DNA of 64,000 nucleotides from Eledone cirrhosa (Eukaryota): NCBI GenBank assembly GCA_964016885.1, contig OZ024743.1, positions 337,032,001 to 337,096,000 of the forward strand, read 5' to 3'. Shown piece by piece: positions 14,801 to 28,663 of this stretch (position 1 is its first letter; each line of letters starts with the position of its first letter). The notes under the pieces were generated by a model. It saw only the letters and a program-made list of their open reading frames with translations, ran no database searches and was not told where the DNA came from. The position numbers and the translations under genes were made by a program.

Positions 14801-15506
14801 TGCGGCATGGTGAGGCATGACGATGCAGTGGGACGACGGCGTGCAGGGAAGGGAGAGGACAGGACTTGATGGTGGCAGGGATGCGGCTTGGTTAGGCATG
14901 GCAGTCTTGAAGGAGCACTGCGGGCAGGCAGAAGAAAGGGCTAAGGAGGGGATGGTGGCCGACAGGGAAGTAATGCGGCATGGTGAGGCATGGTGATGCA
15001 GTGGGACGACGGCGTGCAGGGAAGGGAGAGGACAGGAGTTGACGGTAGCAGGGATGCGGCTTGGTCGGGCATGGAAGTCTTGAGTTCTCCCGGAGTGTAG
15101 GCAATGGAAATGGGCAGGGGTGGACGGTGGCAGGGATTCGGCATGTTGAGCCGTGGCAGTCATTAGCGACCACGGAGGGCAGGCAATGTAAAGGGCCGGG
15201 GAATGAATTGCTGCTGACAAGGCAGAGATGCGCATGGTGATGCACAACGATGCAGTGGATCGACGGCGTGCAGGGAAGGGAGAGAGCAGTTTCATCGAAA
15301 TCGAACGATTTTTGAAATTATCGATTTTTGGCTTCTGTGGGCCCGATTATCGATTTTTCGAAAATTTCAAGTAGCCCATTCCAATCTACGGGTCGAGTTT
15401 TATATATGTGTCAAGTTTCATGAAAATTGGATGAACGATGTAGCCTGCAAGTTCGGGACACCAAACAAACAAACAAACAACGCGCAACTTCACTTTATAT
15501 ATAAGA
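11861..15506 (-). mobile_element. Helitron (internally deleted, degraded Rep remnant)
   Basis: Minus-strand 5' TCTTATATATAAAG...(GTTT)n. 3' hairpin CCTGAGCAACGCCGGG followed by TACTTCTGCTAG. Faint Rep-like peptides at ~12450-13300 (RYTCSMDVCGLFF, YNP). Confidence 0.75.
13650..15290. repeat. GC-rich ~173-bp minisatellite inside the Helitron, in two blocks
   Basis: GATGCGGCATGGTGAGGCATGACGATGCAGTGGG recurs at ~13757, 13930, 14626, 14799 and 14972 (173-bp spacing). Confidence 0.85.
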
Positions 15507-15835
15507 TATAAGGTAGAACATGTATTTAAGACATTAGAATATTAGGGCCGGCTGTCTATTTGATGATGATCTCTAGAGACAACTATCCAGTTCTTCAGAT
15601 ATTAATAACAGCCGTTCTACCTCCTGTATGTATATATGATATATATATATATATATATATATATACTACGTACTTATGTATATACCTACATGTGTATGCC
15701 TGTAGTATGTATGAATATATGTAAGTACTACGTATGCATGTAAGTATGTACGTATGTACATATGTATGTAGATACATATGCATGTATATATTAATGTATG
15801 TATGTAAGTATGTATGTAAGTAAGTATATATTATG

Positions 15836-16580
<745 letters not shown>

Positions 16581-16639
16581 ATATGTATATATATATATAT
16601 AATATATGCAGGTGGGTACAAACAAACGAAAAGTGCAAT

Positions 16640-17200
16640 TAAGATATAATATGGTAGTTGAAAGTATTTATATTAACAGTCTGATTTAACTGAACACTAC
16701 CAGTACGTTCAAGATGGAAACACGTGAAAATCTTCAGGGGCATTGGAGAAAATTATGGCAAATAATAAAGAATGGGATTTGGGGCCAAACTGTTAACGGC
16801 CTCCATTGTTTGGTTTAGGTCAGTAGGTTGTATTGATAAATCAGCGACAGTGCAAGGTCGTTAGCGTCTTGGGGATTATATGAGTTGCTTGGAGACCGTC
16901 AGGGATGTTAACTCTTCTGCTCTATGTATCTGGTGTCATTGGTGGGATGAAGGTTCAATTGATGTATGTGACGGGTCTGATGGTATCTGATCATCGATAC
17001 CATGAGAAAACAAATATCAGTGTCCCTACCCCCAGCATACATCATTTGAACATTGAACCTTGCATAGAGATCAGAGACACAGAGCTGAAGGCTTAGAAAA
17101 CGCAAGGACGCCGCGAGAATGCCATAAGTTCATATATCGAATATTGTTGGATTCCACCAGAATTAACTGGTTATCGGTGACTTTTCAAGACCCCCAGCCC
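16640..17200 (-). mobile_element. Degraded PLE 3' remnant with degenerate hammerhead (~16695-16745)
   Basis: Minus strand reads CCCCTGAAGA...GAACGTACTGGTA, followed by an AT-rich tail. Confidence 0.35.
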
Positions 17201-17441
17201 CAGGTGACATGAATCCACCAATTCAGCATGGCCCTAAATTCCATTTTCAATTTTGTCATACTTTAAATTCATTCTAAAGAATGAATTTAAGTTGTTCACC
17301 CTGATTTTTCCACATATTGAATATTAATACTCTCCTACATGAACTAAAACAACTTAACTTCCGTTGATGAGCTGAGAAATTTACTCTGCATAGAGCTTCT
17401 CTCATCTTACCAAATATAATTGAATGCTCCACTACATTCAC

Positions 17442-17483
<42 letters not shown>

Positions 17484-17610
17484 AATCTACCAAAAGTTTA
17501 CGGTAGTGTCCAATCCGTATGAAGAACTCAATGTAATCCGGATATCATGAAAAGAAGAGATGCATTCAAAAATCACTTTCGGTGAAAGATAAACTGAAAA
17601 AAGAGTCAAG

Positions 17611-18019
17611 ATAAATTATTAAAAAAATAATGAATAAACAAAGAAACAGTTCCTTATATTAAACAAAAAAAGTTCATTATTTTACGATCGTTTCTAGGAC
17701 ATATATGTGTTAGAATTGGTATGCATATTCAAAAGATCTATGTACAAAATTATACAAACTATCAGAGTGAATATACATACCTTCACATATATATGCTGTC
17801 TTCAGATATATTATGATTATTTCTGAAGACAGCATATATATATGTGAAGGTATGTATATTCACTCTGATAGTTTGTATAATTTTGTACATAGATCTTTTG
17901 AATATGCATACCAATTCTAACACATATATGTCCTAGAAACGATCGTAAAATAATGAACTTTTTTTGTTTAATATAAGGAACTGTTTCTTTGTTTATTCAT
18001 TATTTTTTTAATAATTTAT
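17611..18019. repeat. ~410-bp palindrome of head-to-head hammerhead-containing elements
   Basis: Arms of ~200 bp are almost perfect reverse complements; centre ~17815. Confidence 0.95.
17816..17954 (+). ncRNA. Type I hammerhead ribozyme motif with ~105-nt stem II region
   Basis: ATTATTT-CTGAAGA-[...CATATATATATGTG...CACATATATG...]-GAAA-C GATC G-TA-AAATAAT: 7-bp stem I, palindromic loop III (ACGATCGT), GUA site. Confidence 0.8.
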
Positions 18020-18022
18020 ATA

Positions 18023-18065
<43 letters not shown>

Positions 18066-18174
18066 TATGTGTGTGTGTACAAAAAAGTGTACTTAAGGAT
18101 GATTAGGAAAAATTGAAATTTGAAATGTGAGCGGTCCAACGAAGATATTCAAATTAATATCAGTTGGTCACACT

Positions 18175-18584
18175 ATCATCATCATCATCATCGTTTAACG
18201 TTCATATTCCACGCTTGCATGGGTTTGGACGGGGGTTTTCCCACTTGAGGCAAGAGTGGTTGTCTTGTTCGCATAGGGCTGTCTGGCGGGGTTCTACGGC
18301 TGGATGCCCTTCCTAACACCAACCACATTTACAGTGTGGAACTGGGAGGCTTTTACCGTGTTGTATACACGGCCATATTACAGCGTGGACTGTGTGTTTT
18401 TTGTCGTGACACCTACACGACCTCATTTGTTTCGGGCTGGATGTTGTGACACCAACATAATTTTACATTGAAGGGGTGGTGTGGATGGGGTGGGGGTAGT
18501 GGGACGGGGTGTATTTTGTTAGAGGTGCCTACTGACTGTAGTAGGTTTCACTTTGTACTTAGGTAAGGCGGGTCTTCTCTATTA

Positions 18585-18585
<1 letters not shown>
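18175..18585 (-). mobile_element. SINE-like retroposon with RTE-type 3' end and (GAT)n tail
   Basis: GGTGTTAGGAAGGGCATCCAGCCGTAG core and AACCCATGCAAGCGTGGAA...(GAT)n tail. Related copies at ~54640-54945, 58920-59095, 59310-59552, 60302-60640 and 61293-61620. Confidence 0.75.
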
Positions 18586-18640
<55 letters not shown>

Positions 18641-18644
<4 letters not shown>

Positions 18645-21600
18645 ATTAAAATACTGGTGCGTGTTGGAGTTAAACACCCTCTTCGTATTATAGAAATGAC
18701 AGTAAAAGGTATAGCTCAATGTAATTAAACAGAGCCGATAATTTGAACCATATCAATAGTGAGGGTCTTAAAATAGTCTCGGACCTCGGCCTTGATAAGT
18801 ATACACAGCCATAATACCCTAGAGAACCGAGATTCACTCTTAAGGATCATAAGGTAGACTTCATTAGTAACCCCTCTGTTAGACTCATCTGTCCTTCTAA
18901 GTCCGATATAGCCATAATCAGTAAAAAAATCCTTGACCTTATTATACCAGATGTTAGGGATAAAGTTAATTTTAACCTATGGGGGAACACCAAGGAAGTT
19001 ATAGATTGGTTCTCTGGGATTAATAAACTTGAATCTAATAAGTTTATCCAGTTCGATATTGATGCCTACTACACATCGATTTCACCCATCCTCCTCAATA
19101 AAGCCTTAATGTTGGCCATGAGAGTGTCCAGCCTTACACGATCACAGGTAGATATTATACTAGCAGCCCGTAGAACTATCATTAATTTTGAGGATACATT
19201 TTGGACCCGTAAAAACACGCCCAACAATTTCGACGTTACAATGGGTTCGAGTGATTCGGCCCAGGTAACTGATCTTGTTGGGTTGTTCCTCCTAAATGAA
19301 CTATATGTTACCTTTCCGCACCTTAAAGGCGTACTATATCGTGATGATGCATTGTTTGTGATTAACTCTAGCACCAACAATGTCGAGCATAATAAGAAGC
19401 TTTATAAGTTTTTTAAAAGCTATAACCTTTCGATCACGATAGATAGAAACGATAGAGCGGTCAACTTTTTAGATGTGACTTTGGACTTGGTCACTAATAG
19501 TTTAAACCCTTCCATAAGCCTAATGAAATACTTTCTTATGTTAGTCCCAATTCTAACCACCCCAAATATATGATAAGCTCTATAATTAAGGGTGTATCTA
19601 ATAGGATTTCCACACTCTCTAAGGACGTAGGAACATTTAATGAACATGCGGAGTACTATAATAATGCCCTAGCTAATTCCGGTTACTCTAGTAAAATACA
19701 TTATAATAATAGTAACCTTAGAAAGACTCCGCTTACTTATAATAATAATAACATAATATCCCATAACATAGCCATGAATGGGAGTAGGAAGCATAATAAT
19801 CGTAGAAATCACATAGGTGTATCTGAACCCATCCATAAGTTAACCCACCGGACTCGTAATAGGGAATATAATACCTCTATGAATCAAGTCGAACCCCGCG
19901 GTTTTAACTAATCCTTGTAGTAACCCTAGTCTTAATAATGGGATATTGGATAATGGTAGAGTCGGAAAGGATAAAAATAGAAGGAGACTAAATACTTATT
20001 TTAACCCGCCATATAATCAGGAAGTATTAACTAATATCCCTAGGTCTTTCTTTTCTATCTTAGAGAAAAATTTCCCACCTTCTCATAAATACCATAGTAT
20101 TTTTAATAAAAATGTTATTAAACTTTCATTCTCTACCACCCCTAATATTAGTTCTCATTTAGCTAGCACTAACAATAGGAAAATTAGGGATGGATACTCC
20201 TCTCTACATACTACTAGTCTGAACAGATCTGCAAATGCCTTACCACCAGAGCAGACCTTATCTAATAGTAATCCTACGTGTAATGCATCACTACTTCAGC
20301 CAATCAATAGCACCCGGAAGTGTAACTGTAGAGTGAGTGCTAACTGCCCTTTAAACGGTAATTGCCTCTCTAAGAACATCGTTTATGCTTGCGTAGTTAT
20401 AACTAATTCCTCTAATAGAACTTATATAGGCTCTACATCTAACACTTTTAAGACCAGGTTTAATTCTCATATCTCTAATTTCAAACATGTTAAGTTTAAG
20501 AATTCTACTTCTTTAGCACACTATATCTGGGATCTTAAGGGGGCTAATATACCATATAGCCTTAATTGGCGTTTAGTAGCACGCTCTAATAACCTTTCTA
20601 CACATACTAAATTTTGTAATCTCTGTATCCTCGAGACACACTCTATAATTTTCTCTAGTGAATCCTTACTTAATAGAAAGTCTGAGATATTCTCTTCTTG
20701 CCCCCACGCTATTTCTAATTCTTACTTTTATTATAAACCTAAAGGTTCTAGTAGTGTAAATTGTATCCATTAGCTGATATATTCCATTACTTATTTTTTA
20801 GTTTAGGTTCTTTTTATTTACCACCATTATTATCATCATTATTATCATTGGTTTTTGACAACTTTTTATTCTAGCTCTCATAATCTTTTGGCTATTATAC
20901 CATATCTATCTTCTTACACATTAAATTTTCACTATTAACACCTTATGAGTATATATGTGATTATATATTTTATATTATTTTATTTCATTTTATTTTATTT
21001 TATTTGGATTCTTCTTAGGATAACCCCTCTATGCATACATAAACTTATTGCTAACCCCTTCAAATATATTATGATTATATTTAATCCCCTTTTTTATGCT
21101 CCTTTCTATTATATAATACAGTATATTGATTATGATTTTATGCTCCTTTGTATCCTCCATACATTTCTTTTTTTCTGTCCAAATTAGCCTACCATAATTC
21201 TGCTTAAGTCAGTTTTTTAGATATCGTTATGTAAATGATAGTAGAATATTTCATTCCTTTATATATATATTTATAGTGAAATATTGATGTTTAGGGATTT
21301 TGATTACTTAAACCATAGCTAATATTGTATTGCCTTATTAGGTATTTTAAATATTTTCAATATTAATTCATCAAATAGGATTTTCTAGTCATTTATCCGG
21401 GTTGTTTCCTAAGTTTTTACTTAACTGCATGTGAGACCTAAGTAAATACTTTTGTTTTTGTTTTTTTTGATTTCCGGTCGATTTTATTTATTTATTTATT
21501 TATTTATTTATTAATACTACTGTGCATAGTATTTTCTGTCTGGCCCTTATTCACTCATTCACATATGTGTCTGTTACCAACCTTGTAATTATAAGTAATT

Positions 21601-22521
21601 ATATATTATATTATGTTCATTATTTTATATTGAAGTTGTTATTCAACTCTTTGTAAATGTACTATTGATCCTTATTACTTACCGATGATTTTATGTACCA
21701 TTATGATATGTTAAATTTTATATATCATGTAAGAAGTTTATATTTTTGTACCATCATAATTTTGGGTATTGTACAATTTATATTTTTTTCTCAACTGCTC
21801 TGTAACTCTATATGAATTGATTTGTTAACTTACATGCCATTATATATTATATATTATTATATTATTATTATAGTGTTATTGTGACATCTATATTGTTTGT
21901 GTAAATTAACCGGTGATTATCTATTATATTATATAGTTTATTATATATTATATGTGTTACTTTTAATCATTTCATTACTTCATGTTATACTGTATATTAG
22001 ATATATGTACTATTTTTATTTTTATTCCTATTATGCTTATTTATATTTAAACTCTTAATAAGGTTTAATTTGTGCTGTTAATGATGGAAATATGTATTGA
22101 TGTATATGTATATGTGCGTACGTGTGCGTATATATATACATATGTATATTGTGCCTTTTAATTTTAATTTTAATATTGTTACAAGTATATTATATTATAT
22201 TATATTGTATTACATATAGTACTATAATTCCCGCTCTATATAACCACCTCTGCTTAGCTCTAGTTTTCTGCTTTGGACTATATTTGTAATATGGTTCAAA
22301 ATGTTATCCACCTCCTTAGTGATTTTTATTATATATTTTTACCCATAATCTTCCAATACTTTAGTGTATGTACACTCCATATTCTTCGGAGTTTTCGGCT
22401 TGTATTGGCCGATAGTAGTGCTTCTTGTGGTTTTGATTGCCCTGATGAGTCCTTAATAGGACGAAACATTGTTGGCTAATAAAGACTTTTGATGTATTGA
22501 AGGCTTCTTTGTTTTATTTTC

Positions 22522-22525
<4 letters not shown>
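18641..22525 (+). mobile_element. Penelope-like retroelement, 5'-truncated, second subfamily (Hydra-clade-like)
   Basis: RT motifs FDVTMGSSDSAQVTDLVGLF, LYRDD, VNFLD. ORF 19946-20773 has CNCRVSANC and GIY-YIG (IVYAC...TYIGST...RFNSH...CNLC...LLNRKSE...CPH). Long AT-rich 3' region. Flanked by (TA)n on both sides. Confidence 0.92.
22439..22484 (+). ncRNA. Minimal hammerhead ribozyme motif at PLE 3' end, followed by AATAAA
   Basis: GCC-CTGATGA-GTCC TTAATA GGAC-GAAA-C ATT G-TT-GGC-TAATAAA. Confidence 0.88.
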
Positions 22526-22575
<50 letters not shown>

Positions 22576-22804
22576 TATATATATATGTATATATATATAT
22601 ACACGGGTGTGTATGATTGTGTATAGAAGATTATATTAATAAAAGGAATTCCAACTTTGTCTGATTTACTCGTTTTATTTACAATCCTTTAAAATTATAA
22701 TGGTATTACAATGAATTAGTATGGTAGAATATTAAATGTTAAGTGTTAATTGAACAATTACTTTCATGCTTTCGCAATCTTCAGGTTCCTATTACCCACG
22801 TGTG

Positions 22805-23207
<403 letters not shown>

Positions 23208-23337
23208 TATATATTTATATATATATATTTAGTCCAGAAAGAGCCGTCGAAACGGCTTGAGCTCTGCTGTCGGGGTCATACCTTTTCCTATATATATATA
23301 TATATATACATATAAATGTTCATGTACTTTTCATTTT

Positions 23338-23504
23338 TTAGAATTTCTGTGTTGTACAACCAAAAGTGCCATCATATTTATAATAGCTGTAATGGTAGTC
23401 AGCTTCGAAACAGATTAATACTCCATTTGGGGTAAAATACTTCTTATCTAATTCAAACTTGATTTTGTAAGTACCATAATGTAAGTATAGTTTCTTGGAG
23501 CTTC
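23338..23504 (-). CDS. Exon 4 (terminal) of predicted 185-aa secreted protein
   Basis: Acceptor ttctattcacag; phase 1; (G)SSKKLYLHYGTYKIKFELDKKYFTPNGVLICFEADYHYSYYKYDGTFGCTTQKF-TAA. Confidence 0.8.
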
Positions 23505-23745
23505 CTGTGAATAGAATGGGAACAAATTATATATATAAACACACACCCACGTGTACAAATATACAATTGTCACCGTGCCCTATGTCGGACTAGTTTGAAA
23601 GTGTCTCCTCCAATATACAGCAGTGGCCATAACTGGACCCCGAAACCAATGGTCACAAATACATGTTAAGTGTATGAAACATTGTTTATACTAAATAACC
23701 TCTCTTGCGACAGAATGAGCACTATTTTCATTGATCCTTCATCTA

Positions 23746-23796
<51 letters not shown>

Positions 23797-23879
23797 GTGT
23801 AAAGGAGAAAACTACAGGTTTTGGTGTGCGAATGATACGGACACACAGAGACATATTGTAGTGTATTTAATTTAACATA

Positions 23880-24052
23880 ATTTAGGCTACAGAAAACAGT
23901 GAAGTTTTGTCATTAAACAGACATAGTATATCATATAGAAAATAGTGAAGAGTGTGTCATTAAACAGAATATAGCATAGTATATCATATAGAAAATAGTG
24001 AAGACCGTGTCATTAAACATTAAACAGACATAGTATATTCTATAGAAAATAA
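23880..24052. repeat. Short ~50-bp tandem repeat, 3 copies, in intron 3
   Basis: GAAAATAGTGAAGA..GTGTCATTAAACAGA..ATAGTATATCATATA is repeated. Confidence 0.7.
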
Positions 24053-24194
24053 TTGTTTCTACTTTTGTCACAAGGCCAGCAATTATGTCAGTGTATTACT
24101 GGTACTTTATTTTAAAAATCAATATTTAGTCTTGAGAAGGTGGTGGATTGACAGAATTGATAGAGCCTCAGATAAAATGCTATTTCGGCATTTG

Positions 24195-24500
24195 TTCTGA
24201 CAGGTGTGGAGGAGGAGTTCTCATTACGAAGTCGGTGGATGGTCTGCCAGAAAACTTTATTTACTGATCTAAAGTCGGATTCCAGCTTAAGCCCCAAAAT
24301 TATTTCATATCTTAACTTTGAACACCTTTACTGTTTCTGTTGCGACCTTTCATGTCTGCATGTACAGCAAGTGGAAGGAGGAGGACTTATTTCCAAGACA
24401 AATTTTGATAGTTTACTTCGTAGCTGAAGGTGTCAGTCATAGCTTCATCTCCCCTAGTAGTTTATCGCTGTTGGTCAAGGTTCCCCGCTTATATCGCACT
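24195..24500 (-). mobile_element. RTE LINE internal remnant
   Basis: Peptide GLKLESDFRSVNKVFWQTIHRLR resembles the RTE endonuclease-RT linker. Confidence 0.55.
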
Positions 24501-24702
24501 AACCACCATGTCTGGTGGCCGCATCACTATCCGCCACCTGTGACCCTTTCTCTAGGAGAACAGCTCTGCCGAGAACCTTTTTGATTCACTCCTTATTATT
24601 CGCTATCTATTTTCCATTTCTATTTTCTAAAAGAATGCCAAGCATGAGTATCCTTGCACATATGTTAGAAATCCTTCGTATTATTATTGTATGAATCATG
24701 AA

Positions 24703-25962
24703 TGGTGGATTGGCAGTATCGGAAGAGCGTGTGACAGCATTTGCGGCATATAGTTACGTTCCTTTACGTCCTGAGTTCAAATCCCACCGAGGTTAGCTTT
24801 GTCTTGCATCCTTACGGAGTCGATATAATAAAGTACCAGTAACGTACTATGTCTATTTTATCAACTTTCCCTTCACCCAAAATTGTTGGCTTTCTGCCTA
24901 AATCAGAAACCATTATGTTTCTGGTATTACTTACCCAGAATTCCATGAGTTTTACCCGAACCAAATTTAACTGCATACAGTAGGTGTGGATATTTGGCCA
25001 TGAATAATATCCTTACTGAAAATAAAATGAAGAAAGAAATTAGCGATACCAATAACAAAACAAAATGAAATATCAAGTAACATGAATTGGCAGTATCGGT
25101 AGAGGGTCGGACATGCTTTCCAGCATAGTTACGTCTCCTTACGAACTGAGTTCAAATCCTGCCGAGGTTAACTTTGCCTTTCATCCTTACGGGGTCGATA
25201 AAATACCAGTAACGTACTGGGTAATTGCTGGCCTTGTGCCAAATGTAGAAACAATTATTATCATTTCATTATTATGGCTGGGTATGGATTGACAGCATCG
25301 GAAGTGCGTCAGAGACCCTATTAAGTGGCACAGAGTTACGACTCTTTACGTTCGGAGTTCAAATCCCACCGAGGTTAGCTTTACCTTTCATCATTAGGGG
25401 TGGATAAAAGAAAGTACCAGTGCCACACTCGGGTCGATTTAATCGACTTTCCTCTCCCCCAAAATTGCTTGCCTTATGCCTAAATCAGAAACCCTTAATA
25501 TGGTTAGGTATAAGATCAGTGGATTGGCAGTATCGGTAGAGCGTTGCACAAAATGCGTAGCAAGATTTTTCTAGTATTTTTACATTCTGAGTTCAAAACC
25601 CACAGAGGTCAACTTTGCATTTCATCCTCCCGTTGTTGATAAAAGTACCATCAATTACGGGGGACTATGTAATCGGATTTCCTCTCTCCCCAAATTGTTG
25701 ATCTTGTGCTTAAATTACAAATCATTATCATGGCAACATATAAGGGCAGAAGATTGACAGAATCGTTATAGTATCGAACAAAAGGCTTTGCGGTATTTAG
25801 TTACGACTTTTTAAGTTCTGAGTTCAAATCCTGCGGAGGTCTTCTTAGCCTCTTACCCTTAAGGAGTCGATAAAATAAAGTACCAGTTAAGTACTGTGGT
25901 CAATATAATCTACTTTCACCTGCCGTCGAATTGGTGGCCTTGTGTCAATGTTAGAAAGTAGC
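24703..25962 (+). mobile_element. Cluster of five same-orientation tRNA-derived SINE copies surrounding exon 3
   Basis: TGGCAGTATCGG...GAGTTCAAATCC...GTCGATAAAATAAAGTACCAG...AGAAAC starts at ~24703, 25085, 25285, 25518 and 25748. Confidence 0.9.
24935..25015 (-). CDS. Exon 3 of predicted secreted protein
   Basis: Acceptor ttcttcattttattttcag, donor G/gtaagt; 81 nt, phase 1-1; (L)RILFMAKYPHLLYAVKFGSGKTHGIL. Confidence 0.85.
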
Positions 25963-26245
25963 ACGGTCATATATATAAGCAGGGTTTAGAACGATAGAAT
26001 GCTGTTATTTCGATCTTTTCGCTCACGGAAATTAAACCAAATTTAGTGGTCTAACGGTTATATTTTCGTAATTTTGTCCTAGAGTCCGATGTGAGCCCAC
26101 TATTGAAATTACGACAAAATAACCGCTAGCCCATAAAATTTGGTTTTAATACAGTGTGTATTAAAATTAATTTAGTGGACCAACGGGTTTTTTGGTAATC
26201 TTGTAATCTTGTCCTAGCGCCCGATGAGAGGTCAGTATGAAACTG

Positions 26246-26290
<45 letters not shown>

Positions 26291-26627
26291 AAAGTTATAT
26301 CTGTATAAATACAAAGTGCGTAACCGAGACTTCACCAACGTTGAAATTTGAAAGTGTGAGATTCCAAACGTAGAAAATAACCCTAACAACAGTCGATCGT
26401 TATAAATACTACCTTAGAAAATCGGTGAAAAAATGGATTAGAATCTATTTGCACCTCAAGAGATACTGAATTCGGTTCTCTGTTTGTGCTACTAGCTACT
26501 GTTTATGTCTCAGGGGTATTGTACCCTATTTTCTCAGCTATTATTTACAGTAATTGACTGTTACAATTATTTCAAAGTAATTTTGAAATGATAATCAGGC
26601 AGGAAAAATGAAAAAATAAGTACATAC

Positions 26628-26840
26628 ATAACACAGGAACTTTTGGAAATCTGAAGTGACACAAGCCATGCATATTACTCCAGCCACAAGACATTATTGG
26701 CCTAAGATTATACGAATCCACTTCAGCATTTTCTTGGTCCAAAGCTGCTTCGCTAACATTAATACTGTCTGATAAATTTGGATCAATGTTGAATTCTTCC
26801 ATCATTTTCTTTAGCTGATCTGTCATATCATCAGTTTCTC
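26628..26840 (-). CDS. Exon 2 of predicted secreted protein
   Basis: Acceptor attttattttattttcag, donor gtatgt; 213 nt, phase 1-1; (G)ETDDMTDQLKKMMEEFNIDPNLSDSINVSEAALDQENAEVDSYNLRPIMSCGWSNMHGLCHFRFPKVPVL. Confidence 0.85.
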
Positions 26841-26940
26841 CTGAAAATAAAATAAAATATGATAATCAATTGTTTCTTTGCTTTAATGGAGATACGTTCC
26901 ATTTTTCTTTTCTTTAGTTTACTCTTCACATGCATGTATA

Positions 26941-27142
26941 GGCGACGAATTGGCAGAGTCGTTAACACGTCGAATAGAAGGTTTTGCGGTATTCGTTCTG
27001 GCTCTCTGCTCTCTTAGTTAAAAATTCGCGGCAGTTAACTTTGTCTTTCATCCTATCGAGATCAATAAAGAAAAGTACAAGGGTGGTGCCCCAGCATGGC
27101 CTCAGCCGGATGGCTATAACAGGTAAGAGAATAAAAGAGTAT
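26941..27142 (+). mobile_element. SINE with alternative 3' end (GGTGCCCCAGCATGGCC...GTAAGAGAATAAAAGA)
   Basis: Same tRNA head and core as the other SINEs. The 3' end is of a type I recall from Octopus SINEs; an inverted fragment of this tail lies at 28405-28449. Confidence 0.75.
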
Positions 27143-27457
27143 GCACTACTTAAGTAGATTCTTCCTCTATATCTCTTTCTCGCTTCCTCTCTTTCCTTCT
27201 ATGAGAGAAATCAGATGTGTTCAGACCCGGAGAGGGATTGGCTCCGCCAGGGTTTAAGATGCCCAGGGAAGCCGTATGTCAATATGACGTCCCTTTAATT
27301 CCATCAGGAGTTAGGGGTTCATACATACACACACATTCATACATACATAACATACATACGTATATATATATATATATATCACAGACGCACATATATACAT
27401 ACATACATACATACATACATACATACATACATACATACATACATACATACATACATA

Positions 27458-28067
27458 CATGGTGGCTGCCAACTCGTTTTCGAGTACGGCCACTACTTTA
27501 TATCCATGTAGGAGAACCCCCTACCGATGCGCTGAACGAGTGTGACTTTTTAGTCCAGCCAGTGACTTGAAAACTCTGGTACAAACACTACACTTGTGAC
27601 TATTATTGACACAGTGCTGGGCTCATGGTACCATGTGACGACAAGTGCAGAGAGATCTCCAAATATAAAGCAATGCCTGTGCCGTGAAGCTTTTATAGTG
27701 AGCAAAGGCACTGCACAAAGCCAGTCTCACTCTCTTAACCAAGATGATATTTACCAAAAAGAAGAACAAGTCAACATCATTGGATACCATCAGGGTTGCA
27801 GGTGTTATATCAGAGTTTTCCTTCTCCTAGAATTCTGCCTTGACAAAGGCTAAGGGGTCATCTCTCCCGGTGATTTTGGATGGCCATTGACTCTTAAGAG
27901 CTCCTTTGCCCTTTGACGGGTTTTGTTTTTAGTCCTGCAGGATGTCCAAAGTCACCCTCCTCACCAAGAAACGTTGGTGGGGTTGCCAGTTTAGTCGCCA
28001 ACGACCCGACCATGTGACAGGTTGTACTGGTATACACGTTACCAGTACCACCAATTGGTGACCTGAC
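27458..28067 (-). mobile_element. Second copy of RTE-derived short retroposon, embedded in (TACA)n
   Basis: Reverse complement of 15836-16478. A diverged 5' part lies at 29480-29884 and isolated 3' tails at 28284-28326 and 30188-30230. Confidence 0.78.
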
Positions 28068-28097
28068 ATACATACATACATACATACATACATACAT

Positions 28098-28136
<39 letters not shown>

Positions 28137-28366
28137 CATACATACTGACATACATGCATACACACATACACATATACACACATACATACTTACATACATA
28201 CATACACACACATACATACTTACATACATATCACACATACGCATATATATATATTTACAGACACATACATACATACATACATACATGATGGCTGCCCCCT
28301 CGTTATCGAGTATGGCCATTGCACGAGGAGAAAAAAAAATTATAAATAAATAAAAAATAAAATAAA

Positions 28367-28406
<40 letters not shown>

Positions 28407-28663
28407 TCTTTTACTCTTTTACCTGTTTCAGCCATCCGGCTGAGGCCATAACGGAATAGAAAATGCTGACAAATTGTTCACAGTTGAAAAATAGTTTAAT
28501 TAGGAATAAAAGAGTATTAGTAATTGTATGGGTTAGTATTCAGTTGTGGTTTTAAGTTTTTAAGTTTTTAACGGTTGCGCATTTCTAAATGCTTTTCAAA
28601 AATAATTTTGAGATAGAGCGTCCGTATTGTTTGCTCTGATCTGATTAGTTTTGGGAATTCTAC

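Noticed and set aside
13609-15295. Long Pro/Cys/His-rich ORFs
   Set aside because: Several overlapping frames are open across a GC-rich minisatellite; no domain signature.
23342-23466. Plus-strand exon-like signals (ttttttag ... gtaagt)
   Set aside because: All three plus frames hit stops, while the minus strand gives an open, phase-compatible terminal exon.
23560-23660. Hammerhead-like GAAACCAATGGTC
   Set aside because: No CTGANGA box upstream; at most a decayed PLE end.
26040-26250. CCGATGA...GAAA inside a short duplicated segment
   Set aside because: No pairing for stem II or stem I, so it is not called a ribozyme.
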